DNA of 64,000 bases. It comes from Octopus vulgaris. Its lineage: Eukaryota. This document shows positions 13,043 through 26,250 of this stretch, in pieces. The DNA lies in assembly GCA_951406725.2 (NCBI GenBank), contig OX597837.1, positions 40,300,001 to 40,364,000 on the forward strand, written 5' to 3'. A model generated the notes under the pieces. The model saw nothing but the letters and a program-made list of their open reading frames with translations. It did no database searches and had not been told where the DNA came from. The translations under genes were made by a program, and so were the position numbers. Every line of letters starts with the position of its first letter. Positions within the stretch are counted from its first letter, which is position 1.

Positions 13043-13050
13043 GTACTAAG

Positions 13051-13097
<47 letters not shown>

Positions 13098-13098
13098 A

Positions 13099-13142
<44 letters not shown>

Positions 13143-13143
13143 A

Positions 13144-13238
<95 letters not shown>

Positions 13239-13272
13239 CATCACCGCCACTACTACTACCACTATCACCACC

Positions 13273-13309
<37 letters not shown>

Positions 13310-13317
13310 GTACTAAG

Positions 13318-13382
<65 letters not shown>

Positions 13383-13440
13383 AACTACTACTACTACTAA
13401 TATCACCATCACCGCCACTACTACTACCGCTATCACCACC

Positions 13441-13479
<39 letters not shown>

Positions 13480-13492
13480 GCTGCTGCTACTA

Positions 13493-13591
<99 letters not shown>

Positions 13592-13613
13592 ATAATAATA
13601 ATAATAATAATAA
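12987..13613. repeat. (CTA)n/(CCA)n/(CTG)n/(AAT)n compound trinucleotide tract with internal duplications
   Basis: ccatcaccgccactactactacc-ctatcaccacc occurs twice and tagtactaaga twice. Confidence 0.95.
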
Positions 13614-13844
13614 CACGGTAGTAGGTGTACGTGTTGAATTCAAGTACCTAGAAATTTCAAGTGTGATACCTTTCGATCTTGTCACGATCCGGTGCAAGGA
13701 AATATCGATTGATTAAAAGCAATGACTCAAGTCATCGATTGGAAGATGATACTTCGATCAAGGCACACACGCTCGTTCAATCAATATTCCCATACACACT
13801 CACACACACACACACACACACACACTCACATATATATATACTAT

Positions 13845-14305
<461 letters not shown>

Positions 14306-14382
14306 TGTATGTGTGTGTGTGTGTATGTGTGTGTGTGTATGTGTATGTATATGTATGTATATATATATATATATATATATAT

Positions 14383-14600
14383 CGGGAAGCTTTATGAAAA
14401 TAGACAAAAGACGAAGGCAGGTGGAATACAAACAAACAATTGTATTAGTATGGCGCTCAGGAAATATAAATAAAACAAGTCTTTAACGTTTCGAGCCTAC
14501 GCTCTTCAACAGAAAAATACACAGAGAAAAAACACAGAAAGAAGGAGAGAAAAAAAATGTTTGCGTGCAGAAGCTAGCGAATCAACATGGCGATCTGATT
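14383..14600 (-). mobile_element. Family H1 element (CUGU core variant)
   Basis: 14481-14516 minus: TTTT CTGTTGA AGAGC GTAG GCTC GAAA CG TT AAAG; similar to 36630-36830. Confidence 0.75.
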
Positions 14601-15371
14601 TCGGCCAGAAGTCAAAGATCAAACATGAGACGCAATGTTTCCGTCTACCAAATCCACTAGCAAGGCTTTGCAGATGACACTTGCCGAAGGTGTCACGGAG
14701 TGGGATTGAACCTGAATCCATAACGCTGGAGAGCGAGCTTCTTTGTCACACAATGACCTTCAACAGCTCACTTTCTTTTCTTCAATATGGTTGAATAGTT
14801 CTGGAAGCAGTTTCTTCCAGGAACTTTTCTCTTTACCGATATTTTTTCTCTTAAGCAACATCACAGATGTTCTCTCATTATTGGGCGATGCTGCCGGCAT
14901 ACACAGACACACACACACACACACACACAAAATGCATACTTCAGAGAGCGGCAGAAAGATCAAAAGGAATTTATACAAGACCAAAACAAATATAACATAA
15001 ACAAAAACAAAAAAAAACAGGATGAAGAGAAAAATTCTGACAAACCTAATAAAAAATAGGTAAAAAAAAAATTATAAAAGAACACGACAACAATTTAAAA
15101 TAACAAATGTTTTTGTCTTTGATGTTCGTGTCTTATAATGGCTCATAATTTTGGCTGACGGCCAGCAATTTTAACAGGAGGGAGCAGTCGATACCATTGA
15201 TTGTTATACTTGAATGGTACTTTATTGTATCGGCCCTGAGGTGGGGTGAAAGTTAAAGTTGGCTTCGGTGGGATTTGAACTCAATATGCAAACAACTGTT
15301 GCTGGTTTTTAATTAAGGCACGAATACTGAAAATTTGGAAGGAAGAAAGTAGTCAATACTCCTTTTGACTG

Positions 15372-15568
15372 TAGGAACAAGGGCTGAAATTTTACTTCGA
15401 CCCCAGTACACAGCTGGTACTTAATTTATCGACTCCGAAAGGATGAAAGGCAAAGTCGACCTCGGAGGAATTTGAACTCAGAACGTAGCAGCAGATGAAA
15501 TATCTATTTCTTTACTACCCACCAGAGGCTCAACACAGAGGAGACAAACAAGGACAGACAGACGGACA
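15372..15568 (-). mobile_element. Permuted Meta-type SINE carrying the concatemer junction
   Basis: Plus gcagatgaaatatc|tatttctttactacccac at 15504/15505 is the same junction as in the 26251 array. Confidence 0.85.
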
Positions 15569-16302
15569 TCAACTGGTTAAATTAACATATTCACCTCTCA
15601 TATCAACTGAATTTCTCTGGTCTACACCTTCCTCGTGAATTTTGAAAATTCTAGTCAGTCTCTTAAACCTTTTCTGAGAACTGGTGGAATCGATATTCTT
15701 TAAATAAATCGATTATTAAAGATGGCAACTATATTTAATTCATTCTAATAACGTTTCAACTCACGCACGACTGTAGGAACATCGTCATAGGTCACCCAAC
15801 ATGCATAAAATAACAGACAAATAGAGAAATTATTTATTTTTTTCAGATCACGATCTACCGTATAAAAATAGTAAGAAAACTCGATATTTTTCCAAATATA
15901 TTACGGCCGAAACAAAAAGAGTGGTGGGCGTTGCTGGAACGCCCTTAATCGCAGGTTTGTTCAATCAGGGTCCATCAACGGCTAAACAACATCAATTGTT
16001 ACTGTAAGCTAATGAAAGATGGAGCGTCTATTGTTAGAGATACTTGCAGAATCCCTCTCAAAACGCATCCTTCCGTTTAATGAAAAATAGGGAAGAAAAT
16101 GGAATAACATTTATAATGTAGTAGACAAGACAGTCACGGTTGGAATGCCGTAACTGTATTGATCATACGGTTTGTTCAATAGGAGTTGAACTGAAGTTGA
16201 ACAATAACAGTAACAACATGATTTTCTATATGTAATTCGAATTTTGTGGAGGCTCGTGGCTTCATGGTTAGGGCGTTGAACTCATTATCGTGAAGTTGTG
16301 AT

Positions 16303-16493
16303 TGCTCAAAGAGAATTACCACCAGAATAAGAATAGCCTGGGCAAAGTTTAGAAAGCTTCTACCCCGACTAGTGAAAAAAGCTTCTATCCCTACTAATGG
16401 AAAAGTGCCTCTCAGAGTGAAAGGTAGATTGTACGATGCATGTGTGCGAACTGCCATGTTTCATGGCTGTGAAACATGGGCCGTGATTGCAGA

Positions 16494-16497
<4 letters not shown>
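16303..16497 (+). pseudogene. RTE-clade LINE RT C-terminal fragment
   Basis: ITTRIRIAWAKFRKLLPRL...PLRVKGRLYDACVRTAMFHGCETWAV. Confidence 0.85.
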
Positions 16498-16547
<50 letters not shown>

Positions 16548-16970
16548 CATTTTATGCACAGTAAGTAAAGTAATTATATTGAATTAGGTGCATATTTTGT
16601 CATAAAAGGAAAATGTTGCTATCGATCTATTTTATTCATGGTAGGCCCTGCCTACCTTGCCTAGCAAGGCGACACGTCCCTGGTATATATATACATTCAC
16701 ATTCACATGTAGTCGAGTGAAAGTTGTAAAACATATCAAGAATATATTCCTAGTAGTGCAAAACGTTATCTGATGCAGAAGTTAAATAAGTAAAGTCGAT
16801 AGATTTGATATGACATGAAAAGTTGAGTCTGCTCATGGTTTCGCCCAGAGCTAGGCTGCTTACGACAGCAATGAACAGAGCAGCCAGTGGCTGATCTCAG
16901 ACTAAACTGTCAACGGCTCTTATGCTAAACACATACACATATACACACATATACACACATATATACATAC

Positions 16971-17062
<92 letters not shown>

Positions 17063-17099
17063 ATATACTTACATACATATATATATATACATACATATA

Positions 17100-17148
<49 letters not shown>

Positions 17149-17287
17149 CATACATATGTAAGCACACCGTTTGTGTGAATATGTATGCAGATGTATGTAT
17201 ATGTATAGTTACGTATATATGCATATATATACACATATAAATAAATACATATACATGCATACACATATATATATGTATATATATATT

Positions 17288-17366
<79 letters not shown>

Positions 17367-18641
17367 TAGTATGTTCGCTGTTAAAACTGAAGTTGAGAGT
17401 TTATCTCGTTGCTTGAGTTTCAAGCCAGTTCAATCTTCAGGCAAAACATACAATGTTTACACGTGCATATATTTGTATCATGCATAGCTTTACTTATCGA
17501 TTTTGTCCTTCTCTTTCCGCAAAGCTTTCATGCTTTTCTTTTTAAATGTACCAGAGTGTTTTTTGTAGTTTTTCTTCTCTTTCACTGTAACCCCTAACAC
17601 ATTTTACTTCATTCACTTTTTTTTTCCTTCTTCTTACCACTTCCACTCCACATTCGCTCATCTCTTCAGAGTCAGTTTGTATAACATTTTCTTCTCTCTT
17701 TGACGAAAACTTTTGCCTCGAAACTTTAAACTTCTCTTCTTTCTCACATGAAATATATACGCCCGCCCTTTTGCCCTACCACTGTTTACAACTATCATTT
17801 ATCTTCTACTTGTTGCAGTCATTAGACTGCAGCCATGCTGGAGTACCGTATAAAAGGGTTTTGTCAAACAGATCGACCTCAGCACTTTGTCTTTTAAATC
17901 TATTTCCCAATTTATAGGTTTCCTTTGCTGATTCGCTAAGATATTAGGGCGTAAACAAACCAGCACCGGTTGTCAATTGGTGGAAGGAAGACAAACGCAA
18001 GTACAAAGACACACACACACACACATAGCTATATATACATACACGCACACACATACAAATACATACAAATACCTTTGTTTTTATATGCACAGGTTCCAAC
18101 AGACTCTACAAGACATGGTGAACAATTTGTTCTTTCCAACAGACGCCCTATGTAAATTCTTCAACGTCTAATACTTACCTGATGATATTTTGTTCATAAC
18201 TTATAAATGCAAATTTATTGCAAAAATTTATAATTTATTGAGTATAAATTGAAACAATTGTAGGACAGATTATCAATATGTTAATAAATTAGCCTTTAAC
18301 ACTCCATTTTCTTCTCTTAGTTGAATATAGATTATATCCTTAATACTTGCCTATTTATTTTATGGAAATCGCCCCCTTCTCAATAATATAAGGTATAAAA
18401 CTGTGATCTTGGATTTAATCATCCCTTTAAGCGGTAAATATACCCTCGCATTAACTTAATATGTGTGTGTGTATTCGAGTGGCTTATTTAAGTTTCCTTG
18501 AACCGAATCCACTCAGAAGGCTTTGGTCCTCCTGGGGCTATAGTATGTTTTATATAAATTTAGGGTGAATACTTGATAAGTGTAAGCACCTGTATACGCC
18601 AGCTAGTAGTGTGATGTAACTCTTTGGAATAACAATGCATG

Positions 18642-18730
18642 CGGCTGAAGAGAGCTTTAAACCATCCTTAATGTCTATTATACACTGATGTAAGAATAGG
18701 ACGTTTATAAAGCTTGAAATACGTGTACCG
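18642..18730 (+). ncRNA. Type I hammerhead ribozyme with extended stem II
   Basis: CGG CTGAAGA GAGCTTTA...TAAAGCTT GAAA TACGTG TA CCG; stem I 3 bp, stem II 8+ bp, GUA triplet at 18725-18727; lies in a TA-flanked element (18551-18780) whose 5' part recurs at 46818-46873 (-). Confidence 0.8.
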
Positions 18731-19099
18731 GGATATCCTTCGTGTTCTGTTTTTGATTTCATTTGATACGTATGTTTTATATATATAGAACATATTCACT
18801 TTCCCAAGGTCGCACACAGAGGAACTGAAACACAAACCATGCGGTTGAGAAGCAAACACCTTACCACGCAGCCTCGCCTGCGCTAATCCTTTGTACTACA
18901 AAACTAACTCGGAATATCAACAGTATTAACGGCCATCTTGCAAAGAAAGTGTTTACTCAATCAATGGACGAGTCTACTCGTGGAGAAACTTGATATGTTG
19001 TTGTAGAGGTCGTTGTTTTAGAAGTCATTCTGCGACCACATATTGATCAGAAGAGACAGATGTGGTAGCTAATCTCCTTCGCATAGCAAAATGCATAAT

Positions 19100-19225
19100 A
19101 TTCTTTTCTACTCTAGACACAAGGCCTAATTTGGGGGGAGGGGGGCAGTTGATTAGATCGACTCCAGTACGCAACTGGTGCTTAATTTATCGAATCCGAA
19201 AGGATGAAAGGCAAAGTCGACCTCG
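19100..19225 (-). mobile_element. Meta-type SINE 3' part
   Basis: aatttatcgaatccgaaaggatgaaaggcaaagtcgacctcg. Confidence 0.8.
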
Positions 19226-19688
19226 TGTGTATATGTGTGTGTATATACGTATATGAATTTGTGCGTATGTGTATGTACATGTATATGTGTATGTACATGT
19301 ATATGTGTGTGCATATGTGTTCTGGCGTGCGTGTGTGTGCTTGTGTATGTATTTGTGTGTGTGTTTGTATGTGTGCGCGCAAATGGTGTGTGGCTGTGTG
19401 TGTCTGTAGAAATCAGGGTTGCTGTCAAAACTCTGCGCGATGCTTTCTGTTTGTCCGGAGGAAAAGGAGCAATTTAAAGGGTTCCAGGGAGTTAGATACC
19501 CCTATCCACCCGCAAGTACAGTTTCACACTTTTACAAATACATACATGTATATACACACATAGACAGTCATGCACACACAGTGGCACACTTACAAACGTG
19601 TACACACATATACACATGTACACACGCATATACCCTAATCACACAGCCTGTTACGTATAGACAGTGACACTTATACACACCTACATAA

Positions 19689-19989
19689 TTTTTTTACGAC
19701 CAGGCTATGAGATGTTGCTACACATCGCTGGTCACAATGCGCTTCGCATTGCTTTACCCTTTAAATGACGCCACCCCGCGTGCTAAGCGAGCAGGTCAAC
19801 AGAAGAAAGAGTGAGAGAAAGTTTTGCCGAAAGAGTACAGTGGGGATCGCCACCACCCCCTGTCGGAGCCTCGTGGAGCTTTAGTTATTTTCGCTCAATA
19901 AACACTCACAACGCCCGGTCTGGGAATCGAAACCGCGATCCTACGACCGCGAGTCCGCAACTCTAATCACTGGGCGATTGCGCCTCCAC
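19689..19989 (-). mobile_element. tRNA-derived SINE (same head as 4324, different tail) with 14-bp TSD
   Basis: TSD acacacctacataa at 19675-19688 and 19990-20003. Confidence 0.92.
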
Positions 19990-20138
19990 ACACACCTACA
20001 TAAGAACATACATAAACATGCATATACGTATGTTACACTGACATGATATTAAAGATATACCGGCAGGTAGATCGATCGATCGATCGATAGATAGAAAGAT
20101 AGATAGATAGATAGATTCTTAGTTCGATCGATAGATAA

Positions 20139-20222
<84 letters not shown>

Positions 20223-20309
20223 GTTGAAAAACAGAGAGGTGTGTGATAAAAGCAGAGAGATAGACAAATATGGGATATTTAGATAGATATACTGAGATAT
20301 AGAATGATG

Positions 20310-20459
20310 GATACTCTCTTCTGTCTCCTGTTACTGAAGAAAAGTTTTGTTCGAAACGTAAATTACCATTTCTTCCATCCCCTGAGCGTCTTAATATTTT
20401 GCATGTACCATGTGCTCTCGCGTTGTTGCATATTCTTGACTTTTTTCTCGTGTGTGCGA

Positions 20460-20465
<6 letters not shown>
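20310..20465 (+). mobile_element. Degenerate family H1 element
   Basis: CTGAAGA AAAGTTTTGTTC GAAA CG TA at 20334-20360, followed by the family motif cctgagcgtc. Confidence 0.6.
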
Positions 20466-20508
<43 letters not shown>

Positions 20509-20539
20509 CATGCACACACACACATATATATATACATAC

Positions 20540-20573
<34 letters not shown>

Positions 20574-20836
20574 TTGTGTGTGTGTGTATGTATTTATGTA
20601 TGTATGTATGAAAGTATATTTGTACATAAATAAATATATCTATGTATATATATGTGTATGCATGCATGCATGTATGTATGTATGTATGTATGTATGTATG
20701 TATGTATGTATGCATGTATGTATGTATGCATGCATGTATGTATGTATGTATGTATGTATGCATGCATGTATGTATGTATGTATGTATGTATGGATGAATA
20801 GACAGTTAGATACATAGATAGATAGATAGATATGGG

Positions 20837-20869
<33 letters not shown>

Positions 20870-21104
20870 AGGAAATGGTAGAATGGTCCCACTAGTTTCC
20901 ACCATGATTAATGACTACGCCAGCAATTTAAATAGTTAGACTTGTTATTCTATTGAGAAATTAAACCAGTTCGGAACTTATATAATGGCGCTCAAGAAGA
21001 AACAGATGAGACAGAGAGAACGCATTCGAAGAAGACGTGTGACGTATGATGATCACGTATTACTTAATGTGTTAGTAGAAATAATAATAATAATAATAAT
21101 AATG

Positions 21105-21137
<33 letters not shown>

Positions 21138-21176
21138 GTAATAATGATGATGATGATATTGATAATAATAATGATG

Positions 21177-21225
<49 letters not shown>

Positions 21226-21344
21226 TAATAATAATAATAATAATAATGATAATAATAATAATAATAATAAGAGTAATAGTAATAGTAATAATAATAATAA
21301 TAATAATAGTAATAGTAATAATAATAATAATAATAATAATAGTA

Positions 21345-21394
<50 letters not shown>

Positions 21395-21396
21395 TT

Positions 21397-21952
21397 TAGC
21401 CCTGATGCAGTACCAGGCAGTGGCTCTCATGGCTTCTGATCTTAACTGATTGGAAGTGTTATCATGTACATTGTTTTGTCTTGGTATAAAAGATGGGCTA
21501 CAGCAAATATTCTGCTCAATACCACAGATTTGCTTGTCAGTTGTTTGACCATAACCAGTTGAGCATGTCCCTTAGTGGCTGACGATATGTGCATCTCTGA
21601 TCACGAGCAGAAGTAGTGGGGGAGCATCATAGCCATGTGTTGAGAGGGATTCTTTGGGGTTTGAATAATTCACCTCTGGAAACATGGGTGGTTCTTTCAA
21701 CATCCTTAAACAACCCTTATTCAGGGACCGTTTGAGCGGGATGGGCTACTCAACCTGAAGAAAATTCTAACTGGGCCCCACCTGCAAGGTCATGTGCTGT
21801 TTATCTTGATATGAGATCACCATGTCGCGCACATATGGTTGTGATGCATGTGCCTGGTGTACCTTTATCAGACGGGTAGTCATGATGGGTATACTGGGCT
21901 TCGTATATTTTACCCCAGTGTCACTTTGATGGCATGAACTGCTCTCTCACTC
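21397..21952 (+). mobile_element. ~550-bp (AAT)n-embedded element (family Y), long copy
   Basis: Four highly similar copies, all flanked by (AAT)n; strand assigned from the shared end ctctctcactc(aat)n. Confidence 0.9.
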
Positions 21953-22085
21953 AATAATAATAATGATAATAATAATAATAATAATAATAAAGAGAAGAAG
22001 AAGGAGGAGGAAGTGGAAGGAAGGAGGAAGAGAAGAGGAGAAGAAGAAGAACAACAACAACAGCAGCAGCAACAACAAAAGTAGA

Positions 22086-22135
<50 letters not shown>

Positions 22136-22292
22136 GAGTAATAATAATAATGATGATGGTGATAATGAGAAGAAGAAGAAAAAGAAGAAGAAGAAGAAAA
22201 GAAGAAGAAGAAGAAGAAGAAGAAGAAGAAGAAGAAGAAGAAGAAGAAGAAGAAGAAGAAGAAGAAGAAGAAAAAGACGACGACGACGATGA
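21953..22292. repeat. (AAT)n/(AAG)n/(CAA)n compound tract
   Basis: Direct inspection. Confidence 0.95.
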
Positions 22293-22776
22293 CGAATCAG
22301 AAGGTGAAGAAGAATAAGAGTTTCAATATTGATTTCTAGGGAAAAGATGAAGAAGCCATCAAGTGACTCGAATTGCAATGTTGAAGGATAATAGAAATAT
22401 GGTTCCAGAGCTTTTGTGAAGAATTCAGAAATTTGGTAATGAATTACACTTCCGCCAATTAGCCAATTATTTTGTTTTGTATCTGTGTTAAATGGCATTA
22501 TTATGATTTCAGATAATGTCGATTGGTAAAAACCTCAGTGTATGTGTATATATATGTATATGTGTGTGCACATGTGCGTCTGTATATTGTGTGTGTGTGT
22601 CTGTGTGTGTGTGTGTGTATGTATTTATGTATGTTTGTATGAAAGTATGTGTGTGTACATAAATAAATATGATCTATGTATATATATTCATGCATGCATG
22701 CATGTATGTATGTATGTATGTATGTATGTATGTATGTATGTACATATATGGATATAAATATTCGTATGTGTGTATT

Positions 22777-22810
<34 letters not shown>

Positions 22811-22958
22811 CGTGTGTATGTATGTAAATATATATATATATATATATATACATACATACATACATACATACATATATGAGAACATAAACATACACTCAGA
22901 CATATATACATAATTAAAAATACGCAGCCACGCGCACGTCTACAGCACGCACACATAC

Positions 22959-23076
<118 letters not shown>

Positions 23077-23823
23077 TATATTGATACAAGAGGTAAGACA
23101 ACAAAATTATGAAAGAGACCTCGATGTTATGTAAATTGAGGAATTTATATATATGTATGTATAATATATGTTTGTATACAACACATTATATATATATATA
23201 TATGAGTATGTATCCACTGTATGCAGTATATACCATGTTAATGAATAAATATGTTTATATATTTGTATTCGTTTATATAAGTAATTATCTCTATTTGTGT
23301 ATGTATGATTGCGTGTATCACACACCCATCGTATGTTTCAGTAATAGAGTGTGTTTATACATTAGTGTTGTGTATGTTCCAAGTTAAAGAAATATCTTCA
23401 ATACATTCGTTAGTTTACAATATATTTAGTTTGTTTTAAAGTGTTGAATCAGCAAACTCGACAGCAGAATCGTCAGCACGTCGGATACAATGCCTAGCGT
23501 AATTTCTTTCGGATCTTCACGTTACGCTTTCAAACTCCCTCGGGGTTGACTTTGCTTTTCACCCTCGGCGAGACTGGTGGAGGGTGTCAATGAAATATTT
23601 ACCAGTTCAGCACTGAGATAGTTGTAATCGACTTGCCCCATCCCTCAAAATTTCAGGTACTTATGCCTATAGAATAAAGGATAAATGTTCAGTTGTATAT
23701 CGTCCATTGTTATTGCCCTCCATGTATGTCTTAGGCACTTGCGCCTATAACAGAAATTCTCTGCTCCTCCTCCTCATTGTTTTTGTTGTTGTTGTTGTTG
23801 TTATTATTATCATTATTATTATT

Positions 23824-24274
23824 GAGTGAGAGAGGAGTGCATGCCATCAAAGTGACACTGGGGTAAAATATACGAAGACCAGTATACCCATCATGACTAC
23901 CCGTCTGATAAGAGTACACCAGGCACATGCATCACAACCATATGAGCGCGACATGGGGATCTCATATCAAGATAAACAGCGCAAGACCTTGCAGGTGGGT
24001 CACAGTCAGAATTTTCTTCTGGTCGAGTAACCCATCACGCTCAAAGGTCCCTGAATAAGGGTTGTTTAAGGATGTTGAACGAAACACCCATGTTACCAGA
24101 GGTGAATTATTCAAACCCCAAAGAACCCCTCTCAACACATGGCTATGATGCTCCCCCACTACTTATGCTCGTTGTCAGCCAATAAGGGACATGGTCAACT
24201 GGTTAAGGTCAAACAACTGACAAGCAAATCTGTGGTATTGAGCAGAATATTTACTGTAGCCCATCTTTTATACC
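23824..24274 (-). mobile_element. Family Y short copy
   Basis: Reverse complement of ~21483-21952 with a small internal deletion. Confidence 0.9.
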
Positions 24275-24292
24275 TTATTATTATCAGTATCA

Positions 24293-24298
24293 TCATCA

Positions 24299-24363
<65 letters not shown>

Positions 24364-24992
24364 TAGTTTTATTTTTATTTTTATAGCGTGCTTTCACTTC
24401 ACTACCGAGCGCAGCTCTGTGTGCCTTATTACTATTATTATTATATATAATAATAATACTATTATTATTATTATTATTATTACTCACGGCATTGGTGGAG
24501 TGCCGTAGCCATATTTATTCATAAGTTACCATTTTAAATTACGAATTTTTTCACTAGATTTTTCTTGGAACAATTTGGTGATGATATCTTTACTTGGCGT
24601 TGTTTCAAAAACACAATTTCCTGTAGAGTTCGGAATTCCAACGAAAAATGCGAAACCTCAACAGTAATATGAGAATGAAAAGCTGCAATTTGATGGAACC
24701 AACTTGCCGAACTCTGAAAAAAACATACGAGCCAATGGGAGACTCCCTATGTGAACGTTGAAATTTCTAGAAATAAGTACCATTACCCTGCAATCAAATC
24801 ACACAATTCTGCCTTAAATAGGAAAATAAATAGCATTTATTGGATGGCCTAGTCCAAGATATTCTATGTCTATGTTAGAGTGTGTAGTTTAGTGGTTAGG
24901 ACGTTGCACTGACCATCACAATAACGTAGTTTCGATTCCTGACCAGGAGCTGTATTGTATTTTTGAGCAAAACACAGCTCAGCTGTGTATGA

Positions 24993-25061
<69 letters not shown>

Positions 25062-25226
25062 GGTGTGTGTTTGTGTGTGTGTCTTTATGTATGTAATTAT
25101 AAGATCCAAGAATTTAAGTGTAGAAATTTGTAACTTTCGACAGCCTGTGGTAGGTTTAAAATGATAATTTATTGGCGTTCAATGCTGTAGGCTTTTCCCA
25201 AATCGATCATCATTATTATTATAATG

Positions 25227-25295
<69 letters not shown>

Positions 25296-25768
25296 TAGTT
25301 TTATTTTTATTTTTATAGCGTGCTCAATTTGGTGATGATATCTTTACTTGGCGTTGTTTCAAAAACACAATTTCCTGTAGAGTTCGGAATTCCAACGAAA
25401 AATGCGAAACCTCAACAGTAATATGAGAATGAAAAGCTGCAATTTGATGGAACCAACTTGCCGAACTCTGAAAAAAACATACGAGCCAATGGGAGACACC
25501 CTATGTGAACGTTGAAATTTCTAGAAATAAGTACCATTACCCTGCAATCAAATCACACAATTCTGCCTTAAATAGGAAAATAAATAGCATTTATTGGATG
25601 GCCTAGTCCAAGATATTCTATGTCTATGTTAGAGTGTGTAGTTTAGTGGTTAGGACGTTGCACTGACCATCACAATAACGTAGTTTCGATTCCTGACCAG
25701 GAGCTGTATTGTATTTTTGAGCAAAACACTTCATTACACGTTATTCCAGGCAGCTCAGCTGTGTATGA

Positions 25769-25863
<95 letters not shown>

Positions 25864-26008
25864 GGTGTGTGTTTGTGTGTGTGTCTTTATGTATGTAATT
25901 ATAAGATCCAAGAATTTAAGTGTAGAAATTTGTAACTTTCGACAGCCTGTGGTAGGTTTAAAATGATAATTTATTGGCGTTCAATGCTGTAGGCTTTTCC
26001 CAAATCGA
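24293..26008. repeat. Near-identical tandem duplication (~0.8-0.9 kb)
   Basis: 24571-25206 matches 25325-26008, and 24293-24392 matches 25207-25324. Confidence 0.92.
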
Positions 26009-26250
26009 AGTTCGATAAGCTGAAATTTTTTCCCATGAATACCTTACAGCCAGGGAGGGAGAGGAAGAGAGAAAGAGAGAGAGAGAATCAGAGACAGACA
26101 CACAGACACACAGACAAACATACAGACAGATAGACAGATAGATAAATAGATAGATAGAGAGATAGATAGAGGTAAGTACATATATATATGTAGATACAAA
26201 CACATATATCACGTATATACAATACACATATGCATGTATATACATATACA

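Noticed and set aside
12977-13697. Poly-Leu/Val membrane protein ORFs
   Set aside because: (CTA)n microsatellite
20560-22750. Similar microsatellite blocks at ~20580-20670 and ~22615-22700
   Set aside because: Probably an old local duplication, but too low in complexity to support firmly
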